DNA of 64,000 bases, from contig CAZNNM010000002.1 in assembly GCA_964574415.1 (NCBI GenBank), forward strand, positions 239,110 through 303,109. The letters are read 5' to 3'. The notes under the pieces were generated by a model, which made no database searches, was not told where the DNA came from, and saw only the letters and a program-made list of their open reading frames with translations. This DNA comes from an uncultured Rickettsiales bacterium (GTDB taxonomy: Bacteria; Pseudomonadota; Alphaproteobacteria; Rickettsiales; CAZNNM01). The position numbers were made by a program, and so were the translations under genes. This document shows positions 37,527 through 47,696 of this stretch, piece by piece. Each line of letters begins with the position of its first letter. Position 1 is the first letter of the stretch.

Positions 37527-38522
37527 CTACCCCCTCGGCACATCCACCAAATAATCCTTCTCCCACACCGCCCGGTATGTCTCCGGTGCGAGATTGCCGC
37601 CGGATAATATCACCAGCGCGCGCCGTTTCTGCTTTTGCGTTTTAAACCACGCACATGCCGCCGCCATACCCAGCGCGGAGGTTGGTTCAACGGTTACCTT
37701 CAACAGATGCATCAACCATTGCGTCCAATAGACAATATCGCGCTCACTGATTTCATAAAAACCATCCAGCTGTTTGAGATAATGGAACGTGCGTTCTGAT
37801 ATCGCCAACGTACGCACACCATCTGCAATTGTCTTGGGCGCTTCCTCAAAACGGACGATACTGCCTTGCCTATATGATTGCGCTGCATCATTGGCCTCTA
37901 ATGGCTCTGCCGCATAGGTTTTTGCATCCGGCGCCAGCAATTGCGCAGCAAGCCATGTACCAGACATTAACCCACCACCACCACATGGCGCAAAAATCGC
38001 ATCAGGCTTTGCGCCATCTTGCAATGCCTCATAACACGCGGTCCCTTGTCCCGCAATCACACCATCATGATCATAAGGCGGGATAAGATACATGCCCGCC
38101 GCCTGCATTTCTGCTGCTTTTTGTTCGGCTTCCTGACGGGTCTGCGTCGCAATCACATGAGCGCCATAGGCGGCTGTGGCTTGTTTTTTGATAGGAGATA
38201 CATTGCCAGGCAGCAGCATATGCACCTTCACTCCTAATAACTTCCCCGCCAATGCAACAGCTTGCGCATGATTGCCTGAACTATAGGCAACCACTTCCTG
38301 CGGCAGCTTTCCTTGCTCTTTAAGCATCAGCATCGTATTCAGCGCACCACGAATTTTAAATGCACCAATTTTCTGCATAGCCTCGACTTTAAACACCACC
38401 TCATGCCCTAGCATCTCGTTAAGCAGCTGTGACGATAGGAGTGGTGTATGATGAATATACGGCGCAAGGCGCTTATGCGCCTCGGCAATCACACTGGGAT
38501 GTAACGGGGCAAAGCTCATCAT
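37527..38522 (-). CDS. PLP-dependent threonine/serine dehydratase (PALP fold)
   Basis: 331 aa. PLP-lysine motif QKIGAFKIRGALN, SSGNHAQAVA and a glycine loop CGGGGLMSG. Confidence 0.85.
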   Translation of the reverse strand: MMSFAPLHPSVIAEAHKRLAPYIHHTPLLSSQLLNEMLGHEVVFKVEAMQKIGAFKIRGALNTMLMLKEQGKLPQEVVAYSSGNHAQAVALAGKLLGVKVHMLLPGNVSPIKKQATAAYGAHVIATQTRQEAEQKAAEMQAAGMYLIPPYDHDGVIAGQGTACYEALQDGAKPDAIFAPCGGGGLMSGTWLAAQLLAPDAKTYAAEPLEANDAAQSYRQGSIVRFEEAPKTIADGVRTLAISERTFHYLKQLDGFYEISERDIVYWTQWLMHLLKVTVEPTSALGMAAACAWFKTQKQKRRALVILSGGNLAPETYRAVWEKDYLVDVPRG

Positions 38523-38992
38523 TCAATCTCAAAAATAGCATCAACTTCCACCGCGCTATGCAATGGCAAACTATTAGCACTCACGGACGTGCGTGTATGG
38601 CGACCTTTTTCGCCAAATACATCGACCATCAAATCCGATACACCATTAGCCACCTGCGATTGCTCAGCAAAGCTATCGGTGGAATTCACATAGACGGTTA
38701 GCTTCACACATTGCACCACCTTCTCCAAATCGCCACTACATGCACTCTTCAACTGAAGCAATACATTCAAACCGCATACACGCGCAGCCTGTTTTCCCTC
38801 ATCTAGCGTAAACTCTTTCCCAAGCTTTCCAGCATATTGCACTTCACCATTCCATTTGCATGTCTGGCCAGAAATATGCACATAATTGCCCGTAATAAGA
38901 TAAGGAATATAATTCGCCGCAGGCGGATTAGACGCCGGAAGCTCAATGCCGAGTTCGGCAAGCCGTTTGGTGATAGGACGGGGGAATGTCAT
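38519..38992 (-). CDS. RidA/YjgF-family reactive-intermediate deaminase
   Basis: Start set at ATG 38992 (MTFPRPITKRL), with AGGAG upstream. 157 aa with the YjgF pattern (YVHISGQ..., ARVCGLNVL, RHTRTSVSANSLPLHSAVEVDAIFE). 4-bp overlap with the dehydratase gene. Confidence 0.8.
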   Translation of the reverse strand: MTFPRPITKRLAELGIELPASNPPAANYIPYLITGNYVHISGQTCKWNGEVQYAGKLGKEFTLDEGKQAARVCGLNVLLQLKSACSGDLEKVVQCVKLTVYVNSTDSFAEQSQVANGVSDLMVDVFGEKGRHTRTSVSANSLPLHSAVEVDAIFEIE

Positions 38993-39099
38993 GGCGTACT
39001 CCTGAATAAAAACTTTTAATACAGTAATATGCTCTCTTGACTTGTCAAGATGGGAATAGATTACTAGTGTATTCTTTTGACTCAAAAAAGGCCTGTCAT

Positions 39100-40221
39100 A
39101 TGCTAGCAAAATATTTCGTCCCCCATATTCCTAAGAGACTTCCGCATTCACATACCACCCCAAAGACAAGCCGCCGTTCTGCTTCAACCTCTTCCTCTAT
39201 GGTTTCCCATGCCCGATACCAGCCACCGATTCTACTATCTGAATGCCAAGATATCGAGCGCTCTGGCGAACGTGGCCGGCATGAAATGTGGAAAGGCTAT
39301 TATAAGCCGTGGGGCAAGACGTGCTTTATCAAAGATATCTCCGAATTCACCCTAGCCACACAAATCCAACGCTGGCAAGGCCAAGGTGCAAGTGTACCTT
39401 ATGAAGAGGTGGTAACCGATGCAAGAGACCTAGCACGCCGCCTGACACAACGCGAAGTATTCATCACCCGGCTGGTCGGCCATATGGCCCCACACCAAGC
39501 GCCTGAGCATGTAGCGGTTGCTGTAAGCAATTACTCGCTAGATGATGGCTCTCTGCTGCCTTATGGCGAGAATTATTATGTGATGTCATCGGCTATTCCT
39601 AATTTTGAGCCTTTTAGCCAGGTGCCAGATCTAGAAAACCGCTTCTCTGTTAATCCAGAAACAGGATATACCCTATTTAACCATCCTACCGAAGGGCCAC
39701 AAGAAGTAACCGGGCGAATTATGCTCAAAATCGTATTGCGCTTACTAGGAGAAACAGATGCAAATCTGGAGAACCTGGCTCTGGGTCCCAAAAATGAAAA
39801 AGGTCAGCGTCGCTATGTATCGATTGATCATGAGCTATGCAGCATGCAATTACCGGAGTCGAAAGACAACCTTGTCAAAGAGTTAACCGATGGCACCGTC
39901 GGCACTATTTTCCCAGGGATGGACTTATCAGGCCTGGCGATTAAACGCCGTAAAGAGGTAAAGGAAGAAGCCGTCCTGCATCTCGACCGGCTCTGCAATA
40001 CCCCTGAAGGGCAAATGATAGTAAAGAATATTATCGTAGAAACCTTCTCACATCATTATGGAAAATCCCTGGAACGCGATATCTACCAACCGTTGCGTGA
40101 TATTTCAGAGGTAATTGCAGACGCTGCTAACATTATTCGTGCGCGACGTTGTGTAGAAAATATAGGCTGGCAGGCCAAGATCATAGCAGAGCAAGCAACC
40201 AGCCCAGGAATAAAACTCTAA
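39100..40221 (+). CDS. Hypothetical protein with a protein-kinase-like motif arrangement
   Basis: Start uncertain (39037 or ATG 39100, MLAKYFVPH). Ser/Thr/Pro-rich N-terminus, then CFIKD (VAIK-like), GETDANLENL (D-x4-N catalytic-loop-like) and SIDHE (DFG-position-like). The similarity is at motif level only. Confidence 0.5.
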   Translation: MLAKYFVPHIPKRLPHSHTTPKTSRRSASTSSSMVSHARYQPPILLSECQDIERSGERGRHEMWKGYYKPWGKTCFIKDISEFTLATQIQRWQGQGASVPYEEVVTDARDLARRLTQREVFITRLVGHMAPHQAPEHVAVAVSNYSLDDGSLLPYGENYYVMSSAIPNFEPFSQVPDLENRFSVNPETGYTLFNHPTEGPQEVTGRIMLKIVLRLLGETDANLENLALGPKNEKGQRRYVSIDHELCSMQLPESKDNLVKELTDGTVGTIFPGMDLSGLAIKRRKEVKEEAVLHLDRLCNTPEGQMIVKNIIVETFSHHYGKSLERDIYQPLRDISEVIADAANIIRARRCVENIGWQAKIIAEQATSPGIKL

Positions 40222-40805
40222 TGCTCACCCTCAAACTCCTACTAGGCTTCTCCGCCACCTTACTCAGCATTTGCGCGTTTATTCCCTATATCCGCTCCAT
40301 ATTGCGCGGCACCACTCGCCCGCATGTGTTTTCCTGGGTGATTTGGGGAACGTCTACCTTCACCGTTTTTTTAGCCCAACTCTCCGATAACGGTGGTGCT
40401 GGTGCTTGGCCTATTGGAGTTTCAGGAGTAATTACGTTTTATGTTGCATTCCTGGCCTATCAAAAGAAAGGCGATAGCACGATTACCCGCATGGATTGGG
40501 TGTTCTTTGTAATAGCCATGTCGGCCATTCCGGCATGGTATATCACCGCCAATGCACTAACCGCCGTATTATTATTGACAGCGATTGATCTTACTGGCTA
40601 TGCACCCACGCTACGCAAAGCCTATCATAAACCATATGAAGAGCAGGCGTTGATGTATGTGCTGATGTCAGTGCGCAATGGATTAGCGATACTGGCGCTG
40701 GAGCATTATTCGTGGACGACGTTGACGTTTTTAGTAGCGACGATGGCGGCTAATGGGGTGGTGATTTCGCTGATTGGGTGGCGGCGAGTGGTGGTGGGGC
40801 GGTAG
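40221..40805 (+). CDS. Multi-pass membrane protein, unknown function
   Basis: Start set at ATG 40221 (MLTLKLLLGFSATLLSICAF), which overlaps the upstream TAA by 1 nt. 194 aa with about six hydrophobic helices. Confidence 0.6.
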   Translation: MLTLKLLLGFSATLLSICAFIPYIRSILRGTTRPHVFSWVIWGTSTFTVFLAQLSDNGGAGAWPIGVSGVITFYVAFLAYQKKGDSTITRMDWVFFVIAMSAIPAWYITANALTAVLLLTAIDLTGYAPTLRKAYHKPYEEQALMYVLMSVRNGLAILALEHYSWTTLTFLVATMAANGVVISLIGWRRVVVGR

Positions 40806-40816
40806 CAAATACCCTT

Positions 40817-40847
40817 TGTCATTCTTGGACTTGATCCAAGAATCCAT
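40817..40847. repeat. Partial family C repeat
   Basis: tgtcattcttggacttgatccaagaatccat is the left arm only. Confidence 0.8.
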
Positions 40848-40904
40848 CTAAACTTCAAAGCTATATTTTTCACTACTGGCCGTGCGAATGACAGCCATTC
40901 TCGC

Positions 40905-41327
40905 CTATCGGCGAGGCACCCGATACGATTGATGAAAAATGCTCTTTTTGTGTTGGATTCGTTTTCCAATTTCAGTAACAAGATATCTAACTTGAGGTGC
41001 TACAAACTCTTTCCAGTTTTCATCGCTCATTTTTTCTAAATCGCTGTTATCAAGTATTTTTAGCGTAATATTATAATACTCATTATATTCAAGAAGAAGC
41101 CAGGCGGCTGCGATTTGCTCTGTCATGCATCGTGTTATGCCTGCGCTATTTTTTGAACCTGCAAGAATTCCTATTAGTTCTATATAATTCTTAAACCGTT
41201 CGTTTCTTAGAGTCTGCTTTCTGGAATCAAGCCATTTTATGAAGGCAAATATGCCTGAGCATATAACAATAAAAAGAATAATATGAGTATTATTTTTTGT
41301 AATTAAATCAAGCAAAGTAAGCTCCAA
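40905..41327 (-). CDS. Hypothetical membrane-anchored protein (islet cargo)
   Basis: 140-aa ORF in AT-rich DNA with one N-terminal TM helix (IILFIVICSGIFAFIKW). Its last codons run into the left direct repeat. Confidence 0.45.
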   Translation of the reverse strand: MELTLLDLITKNNTHIILFIVICSGIFAFIKWLDSRKQTLRNERFKNYIELIGILAGSKNSAGITRCMTEQIAAAWLLLEYNEYYNITLKILDNSDLEKMSDENWKEFVAPQVRYLVTEIGKRIQHKKSIFHQSYRVPRR

Positions 41328-41753
41328 TATTTAAAAATGTTTCCGCGCAAATAACCGCCCATTCCCTGCTTTTAAATACTCTTCAAACACTTCCGCTTTT
41401 TCAGGATCATCAAATGCAATATAAGTCCGTAACTTCCACGGTTTATATTTATTTGTATGAATAGAGTGGCCAGCATTATGCTCAGCAAGGCGCCGTTTTA
41501 AGTCGACTGTGCAGCCAACGTAGAAACGGTTTGGTTCTATAATGCTTTGCAGGATATAAACATATTTCATAAATAAACATTAATCTATAATGTTTATTAT
41601 AGCAACCCGCTTACGCTGCTTTCGTTACACTGCAGCAGCTACAGCGAGGCACTCCGTTTCATACGCTTCATCATGGCTACTGCGTAGCCACGCTGTAGCT
41701 ATAATTTGGCAAAGCCAAATTATACGAAAGCGGGTGGTGCACCCGATACGATT
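40916..41753. mobile_element. About 0.84-kb AT-rich islet at the 3' end of tRNA-Arg(CCG), bounded by a 15-bp direct repeat; no integrase (remnant)
   Basis: gcacccgatacgatt occurs at 40916..40930 and again at 41739..41753, the second copy inside the tRNA 3' half. The interval is visibly more AT-rich than its flanks and carries a GIY-YIG gene plus one hypothetical gene. Confidence 0.6.
41331..41570 (-). CDS. GIY-YIG nuclease family protein (small, stand-alone URI domain)
   Basis: 79 aa. MKYVYILQS...RFYVGCTVDLKRRLAEHN matches the GIY-(x10)-YVG and R..EH pattern. Confidence 0.85.
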   Translation of the reverse strand: MKYVYILQSIIEPNRFYVGCTVDLKRRLAEHNAGHSIHTNKYKPWKLRTYIAFDDPEKAEVFEEYLKAGNGRLFARKHF

Positions 41754-41811
41754 CGAACGTACGACCTTCAGATTCGGAATCTGACACTCTATCCAACTGA
41801 GCTACGGGTGC
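41735..41811 (-). tRNA. tRNA-Arg (CCG)
   Basis: Reverse complement GCACCCGTAGCTCAGTTGGATAGAGTGTCAGATTCCGAATCTGAAGGTCGTACGTTCGAATCGTATCGGGTGCACCA. Anticodon loop is TTCCGAA. Confidence 0.92.
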
Positions 41812-41825
41812 ATTAGGAGAAAAAG

Positions 41826-42299
41826 TTATTTGTAAGTGACGCTCACGACTTCGTAGCTTTTATTACCGCCTGGAGTACGGAATTCTACGGTATCGCCAGC
41901 GGATTTGCCGATAAGGGCACGGGCAAGTGGAGAGACAATGGAGATCAAATTCTTTTTCAGATCCGCTTCATATTCGCCTACGATTTGATAGGTCACTTCT
42001 GCTTCAGTGTCTTCATCGATCAACTCTACGGTCGCACCAAATTTAATCGTATTACCAGAAAGGGCTGAGACATCAATCACTTCCGCACGCGCTGTTTTAT
42101 CTTCGAGTTCTGCAATACGGCCTTCAATGAAGCCCTGCTTTTCACGGGCTGCATGGTATTCCGCATTCTCGGATAAATCACCATGTTCACGCGCTTCGGC
42201 GATGGAGATAATAATTGCAGGACGATCGACGGTTTTGAGCGTTTTCAACTCTTCTTCCATCCGAACAAAACCTTGTGTGGTGATAGGGAACTTATCCAT
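41826..42299 (-). CDS. greA: Transcription elongation factor GreA
   Basis: Start set at ATG 42299 ([22 protein letters not shown]). 157 aa with [20 protein letters not shown] and the C-terminal FKBP-like domain. Confidence 0.95.
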   Translation of the reverse strand: MDKFPITTQGFVRMEEELKTLKTVDRPAIIISIAEAREHGDLSENAEYHAAREKQGFIEGRIAELEDKTARAEVIDVSALSGNTIKFGATVELIDEDTEAEVTYQIVGEYEADLKKNLISIVSPLARALIGKSAGDTVEFRTPGGNKSYEVVSVTYK

Positions 42300-42320
42300 A
42301 CTAACCCTCGTTACATCCAA

Positions 42321-45300
42321 TTACGCTGCGACATAGTGTTGAATCGGGCGCACGTCAAAGCTCGCATCTTCCTTTATGCGCTCGATTGCTTGAACCAATG
42401 CTTTGGAGCCTGCAATTGTGGTGCTGTAAGGGATTTTGTTGAGCAGAGCGGTTTCGCGTATACCAAAACTATCGGCAATAGCCTGCACACCTTCTGTCGT
42501 ATTGATGAGCAAGCTTATATCACCATCCTTCATCATGTCAACAATATGTGGGCGGCCTTCCATGACTTTATTGATGGTCTTCACTGGAACACCTGCAGCT
42601 TCAATAAACTGCGCTGTTCCACGTGTGGCAACAATCGTAAAGCCCAAACGGCTTAGATCTTGTGCTAAACTTAGCGCGTGTTTTTTATCACTGTCTTTCA
42701 CAGAGATAAACACACTGCCCGTTTTTGGCAGGCGGCTGTTGGTGGCGATATGTGCTTTCGCAAAAGCACGGTCGAACGTGGTATCGATACCCATCGCTTC
42801 ACCGGTTGATTTCATCTCAGGGCCGAGGATAATATCCACGCCTGGGAAGCGTGCGAATGGGAAGACGACTTCTTTCACAGCCACATGTTTTAGTGGACGT
42901 TCTGTCACTGATGTATCAAAACTCGCTAACTTCTCGCCCGCCATGATACGTGCTGCGATTTTTGCCACTGGCAGGCCGGTAGCTTTTGCCACAAACGGCA
43001 CAGTACGGCTCGCGCGTGGGTTTACTTCGAGGACGTAAACAACGCCATCTTTAATAGCATATTGCACGTTCATCAAGCCCTTCACTTCAAGCGCCATCGC
43101 CATTTCGCGGGTTTGGCGTTTGATTTCGGCGATGATATCTTCTTTTAAGGAATAAGGCGGCAGAGAACATGCAGAGTCACCAGAGTGAATACCGGCTTCT
43201 TCAATATGCTCCATCACACCTGCGATCACCACATCTTTGCCATCGCACAGCGCATCCACATCCACTTCAATCGCATCTTGCAGGAAGCTATCGAGCAACA
43301 ATGGGCCGTTTTCAAAAGCGGCTTCGGTGCGGTGGAGGTAATCTTTCAGACCGGTAGTGTCATAGACAATTTCCATCGAACGGCCACCCAGTACATAAGA
43401 CGGGCGCACTACCAATGGGAAGCCCATTTTCTCAGCAGCACTAAGCACTTCTTCATTAGAATTCGCAATCGCATTTTCCGGTTGGCGAAGCTTCAGGCGG
43501 TGCAGCAATTGTTGGAATTGCTCACGGTCTTCTGCTAGATCAATCGCAGCAGGTGATGTGCCAATAATCGGAATGCCCGCTTTTTCGAGCGCATGCGAAA
43601 GCTTGAGTGGTGTTTGGCCGCCGAATTGTACGATCACACCTTTAAGCGTGCCGTTAGATTGCTCTACGCGCGCCAGTTCCACTACATCTTCTTCCGTCAG
43701 CGGCTCAAAATAGAGGCGGTCGGACGTATCATAGTCAGTGGATACGGTTTCTGGATTGCAGTTTACCATAATGGTTTCATAGCCCGCATCCGAAAGCGCA
43801 TATGCGGCTTGCACGCAGCAATAATCGAATTCAATACCTTGCCCAATACGGTTAGGCCCACCGCCTAGAATGATGATTTTTTCTTTATCGGTCGGGTTGG
43901 ATTCGCATTCTGGCTCCGTAATGCCATCACCTTCATAGGTGGAATACATATACGGTGTAATCGCCTCAAACTCAGCGGAACAAGTATCCACACGTTTATA
44001 TACTGGATGTAATTTCAGCGCACGGCGTGCAGCAGAAACATCAGCGGTCGACTTACCTGTCAACACCGCCAAACGCGCATCGGAGAAGCCCAGTTTCTTA
44101 AGTGCTAAGAAATCACGCTTATCCTTAGGTAAACCATGTGTTTTCACATGGTTTTCAGCGCGCACGATATGATCGATTTGCTCTAAGAACCATGGGTCGT
44201 ATTTGGTGATGCTGTGGATTTCTTCACGAGACATACCATAACGCAGCGCTTGCGCAATCACGCGCAGGCGATCCGGTGTAGCGCGCGATAATGCGGCGCG
44301 TACTGGGTTTAAATCATTGCTATTTTTAAAGCCATCAATGGTAATCTCATCCAAGCCTTTCAGGCCCGTTTCCAATGAACGTAAGGCTTTTTGTAGCGAC
44401 TCAGCAAAGTTACGGCCAATTGCCATAGATTCACCTACGGATTTCATCGCACTGGTCAAATCATTCTTCGCACCGCGGAATTTCTCGAAAGTGAAGCGAG
44501 GGATTTTGGTGACGACATAGTCAATCACCGGCTCAAATGCGGCAGGAGTTGCTTTGGTGCAATCATTGGTGATTTCATCAAGCGTATACCCAATCGCCAA
44601 TTTCGCAGCTACTTTGGCAATCGGGAAGCCAGTAGCTTTGGATGCCAGAGCTGAAGAGCGTGATACGCGCGGATTCATCTCGATCACAAGCAGGCGGCCA
44701 TCTTTAGGATTCACCGCGAATTGTACGTTAGAACCACCGGTTTCCACACCAATCTCACGCAGCACCGCAATCGATGCATTGCGCATGATTTGGTATTCTT
44801 TATCGGTGAGGGTCATGGCAGGGGCTACGGTGATACTATCGCCCGTATGCACACCCATTGGATCGATATTTTCAATGGAACAGACGATGATACAGTTATC
44901 ATTCTTATCGCGCACTACTTCCATTTCATATTCTTTCCAGCCCAGCACGGATTCATCAATCAGAATCTCATTGGTCGGAGAGGCATCCAGGCCCGATAAT
45001 ACGATTTTCTCAAATTCATCACGGTTATAGGCCACACCACCGCCAGCACCGCCGAGTGTAAAGGAAGGGCGGATAATCGCAGGCAGGCCTACTTTTTCTA
45101 AGGCTTTCCAGGCTTCTTCCAGTGAATGCACAATCGCATTGCGTGGTGTTTCTAGGCCAATACGTGCCATAGCTTGGTTGAACAGGTCGCGGTTTTCCGC
45201 TTTCTCAATCGCATCACGATTCGCGCCGATCATTGTTACGCCGAATTTATCGAGCGTGCCGTTATCCGCCAATGCCAGTGAACAGTTTAATGCAGTTTGA

Positions 45301-45575
45301 CCGCCTACGGTTGGCAGCAATGCATCTGGACGTTCTTTCTCGATGATCTTTGCAACGATTTCCGGCGTGATCGGCTCAATATAGGTTGCATCAGCCACAT
45401 CCGGATCGGTCATGATGGTTGCTGGATTGGAGTTCACCAGAATCACCCGATAGCCTTCCGCGCGCAACGCTTTACACGCTTGCGTGCCCGAATAATCAAA
45501 CTCACAGGCCTGGCCAATCACAATAGGGCCGGCGCCGATAACGAGGATGGATTTTATATCAGTACGTTTAGGCAT
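42321..45575 (-). CDS. carB: Carbamoyl-phosphate synthase large subunit
   Basis: 1084 aa. Duplicated ATP-grasp halves ([30 protein letters not shown]...; [21 protein letters not shown]...) and an MGS-like C-terminus. Confidence 0.98.
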   Translation of the reverse strand: MPKRTDIKSILVIGAGPIVIGQACEFDYSGTQACKALRAEGYRVILVNSNPATIMTDPDVADATYIEPITPEIVAKIIEKERPDALLPTVGGQTALNCSLALADNGTLDKFGVTMIGANRDAIEKAENRDLFNQAMARIGLETPRNAIVHSLEEAWKALEKVGLPAIIRPSFTLGGAGGGVAYNRDEFEKIVLSGLDASPTNEILIDESVLGWKEYEMEVVRDKNDNCIIVCSIENIDPMGVHTGDSITVAPAMTLTDKEYQIMRNASIAVLREIGVETGGSNVQFAVNPKDGRLLVIEMNPRVSRSSALASKATGFPIAKVAAKLAIGYTLDEITNDCTKATPAAFEPVIDYVVTKIPRFTFEKFRGAKNDLTSAMKSVGESMAIGRNFAESLQKALRSLETGLKGLDEITIDGFKNSNDLNPVRAALSRATPDRLRVIAQALRYGMSREEIHSITKYDPWFLEQIDHIVRAENHVKTHGLPKDKRDFLALKKLGFSDARLAVLTGKSTADVSAARRALKLHPVYKRVDTCSAEFEAITPYMYSTYEGDGITEPECESNPTDKEKIIILGGGPNRIGQGIEFDYCCVQAAYALSDAGYETIMVNCNPETVSTDYDTSDRLYFEPLTEEDVVELARVEQSNGTLKGVIVQFGGQTPLKLSHALEKAGIPIIGTSPAAIDLAEDREQFQQLLHRLKLRQPENAIANSNEEVLSAAEKMGFPLVVRPSYVLGGRSMEIVYDTTGLKDYLHRTEAAFENGPLLLDSFLQDAIEVDVDALCDGKDVVIAGVMEHIEEAGIHSGDSACSLPPYSLKEDIIAEIKRQTREMAMALEVKGLMNVQYAIKDGVVYVLEVNPRASRTVPFVAKATGLPVAKIAARIMAGEKLASFDTSVTERPLKHVAVKEVVFPFARFPGVDIILGPEMKSTGEAMGIDTTFDRAFAKAHIATNSRLPKTGSVFISVKDSDKKHALSLAQDLSRLGFTIVATRGTAQFIEAAGVPVKTINKVMEGRPHIVDMMKDGDISLLINTTEGVQAIADSFGIRETALLNKIPYSTTIAGSKALVQAIERIKEDASFDVRPIQHYVAA

Positions 45576-45601
45576 AGTGACCTTCGCTTTACTCTTTTTT
45601 A

Positions 45602-45722
45602 TGTCATTCCAGCGTAGGCTGGAATCCAGCGCAACGCTTGCGAACGTTTAGTGAGCGCTTTATATTTCGCGTTCACTACGCTCACGAGTAATTACTAGAT
45701 CCCAGCCTGCGCTGGGATGACA
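45602..45722. repeat. Family E palindromic repeat in the carA-carB spacer
   Basis: tgtcattccagcgtaggctggaatccag...ctagatcccagcctgcgctgggatgaca, with an internal inverted gtgagcg.../...cgctcac segment. Confidence 0.9.
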
Positions 45723-45727
45723 GATAG

Positions 45728-46933
45728 TTACCCTTTTACTTTCTTCTTTTCCGCCTGCTTAGCATGCGCACGCATATTATCCACGAAACGCTCGAACAGA
45801 TATTGGCTGTCATGCGGGCCAGGGGAGGATTCTGGATGGTATTGCACGGAGAAGACAGGTTTGCCTTCCACGCGGATACCTTCAATTGTGCCATCAAACA
45901 AGGAAATATGGCTTGGCACCACACCTTGTGGCAGACTTTCTTTTACCACCACGAAGCCATGGTTCTGGCTGGTGATTTCCACCGTGCCATTCTCCAGGTT
46001 TTTCACCGGATGGTTCGCACCACGATGGCCTTGGCCTAATTTCGCAGTACGCGCGCCGAGCGCCAATGCCAGCAATTGATGGCCTAAGCAAATACCAAAT
46101 ACCGGTAGATCCGTCTTCAAAATCGCGCGCAGCACATCGAGCGCATATTGCCCTGTAGCCGCTGGATCCCCAGGGCCGTTAGAGAGGAATACGCCATCGG
46201 GATTGAGCGCCAGAATCTTTTCTGCACTGGTATCAGCAGGCACAACCGTCACATGGCAGCCATAGCTTGCCAGGTTACGGAAAATATTGTGTTTCGCGCC
46301 GTAGTCAATCGCCACCACATTAAACTCAGGCTGATGCAAGGCACCATAGCCCTTGCCGAGTTCCCAGCTGGTAACAGTCCATGTATCATGGTTTTGGCGG
46401 GTTACGGTCTTCGCCAGCTCCAAGCCTTCCATCGAAGGCAAGGCTTTAGCTTGGGCTTTTAAGGCTTCAATATCGAGATCACTCTCTTGCTGCACATGGC
46501 AGATCACCGCATTCTGTGCGCCTTTGAGGCGGATATGACGGGTGATGGCACGGGTATCTACACCGGAGATGCCCACTAAGTGATGCTTTGCCAGCCAGTC
46601 ATTAAATGTATGGCCGCTACGGAAATTTGATGGCTCAGAAATCGGCTCACGGATCACCAATCCGCGCGCATAAGGCTGGATGGATTCTTCATCTTCATCA
46701 TTGGTGCCAACATTCCCAATATGCGGAAATGTAAAATTGATGATTTGGCCTGCAAATGAGGCGTCTGTGAGGGTTTCTTGGTAGCCTGTCAGGCCGGTAG
46801 TAAAACAGATTTCACCGGAGGTGGTGCCCACCATCCCTATCCCTTGGCCAAAAAAAACAGCACCGTCAGCGAGAACGAGTGCTGCATTTATCTTAGGCGC
46901 AAGGCCATCTGCGAGGTTATGTTCGGAAGACAT
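45728..46933 (-). CDS. carA: Carbamoyl-phosphate synthase small subunit (glutamine amidotransferase)
   Basis: 401 aa. GATase class I triad context (VFGICLGHQLLALALG, QYHPESSPGPHD). Confidence 0.95.
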   Translation of the reverse strand: MSSEHNLADGLAPKINAALVLADGAVFFGQGIGMVGTTSGEICFTTGLTGYQETLTDASFAGQIINFTFPHIGNVGTNDEDEESIQPYARGLVIREPISEPSNFRSGHTFNDWLAKHHLVGISGVDTRAITRHIRLKGAQNAVICHVQQESDLDIEALKAQAKALPSMEGLELAKTVTRQNHDTWTVTSWELGKGYGALHQPEFNVVAIDYGAKHNIFRNLASYGCHVTVVPADTSAEKILALNPDGVFLSNGPGDPAATGQYALDVLRAILKTDLPVFGICLGHQLLALALGARTAKLGQGHRGANHPVKNLENGTVEITSQNHGFVVVKESLPQGVVPSHISLFDGTIEGIRVEGKPVFSVQYHPESSPGPHDSQYLFERFVDNMRAHAKQAEKKKVKG

Positions 46934-47069
46934 GGTTCCTCAGTTTTCTTAGTTCAAATGATTCCTATGGAGTTGGCCGAAGCTATGAAAAACGGCGCCG
47001 TATGTCAATATATATTTTGCCTTTTTTCGATTGCATCCTATATATATTACTATAGTATAAGGATATACA

Positions 47070-47693
47070 ATGAGCCAGGCATCTATTCCCTATTCCCAAG
47101 AATTACTCCGAAAAACCATACATTTAGCAAGTTTGGTTATCCCTATTCTCTATGCGTTTATCGACCCGTTTACCATGCTCGAAATCATGCTAGCGGTGAC
47201 AACCCTATGGGTATTCTGCGATGTATTACGCAGAAAGAACAAACGCTTGGCCGCACTCACAGCAATTGTATTTGGCAAAATGCTGCGGGAACATGAAAGC
47301 ACCCGCCTCTCGGGCGCAAGTTATATGTTACTTTCAGCCTGTTTATGTTTAGTGCTGTTACCAAAGATTGTTTTTATCACCGCCTTTGCCATACTCTCGG
47401 TTTCCGATACCGCTGCCGCACTTATTGGACGGCGTTATGGCAAGCATCCGTATGTGGATAAAACGGTAGAAGGTACGGTGGCGTTCATGGTATCGGCAAT
47501 GATAGTGATTATGGTGATTGGGTTGATTATCCAGGCGCATATAGGATTTTATATTGCAGGGCTATTCGCGGCCGTCATTTCAGCCCATGTAGAACTCATC
47601 TCTAACCGCATCAAAATAGACGATAATTTCAGCATTCCTTTGAGCGTTGGCGCGGTGATGTGTATCGCGCAATTTATGGGAGCAACATATTAG
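47070..47693 (+). CDS. Integral membrane CTP-dependent polyprenol/diacylglycerol kinase-like protein (CTP_transf_1 / SEC59-like family)
   Basis: 207 aa, multi-pass. LRKTIHLASLVIPILY and SDTAAALIGRRYGKH...KTVEGTVAF motifs. Confidence 0.6.
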   Translation: MSQASIPYSQELLRKTIHLASLVIPILYAFIDPFTMLEIMLAVTTLWVFCDVLRRKNKRLAALTAIVFGKMLREHESTRLSGASYMLLSACLCLVLLPKIVFITAFAILSVSDTAAALIGRRYGKHPYVDKTVEGTVAFMVSAMIVIMVIGLIIQAHIGFYIAGLFAAVISAHVELISNRIKIDDNFSIPLSVGAVMCIAQFMGATY

Positions 47694-47696
47694 ATT

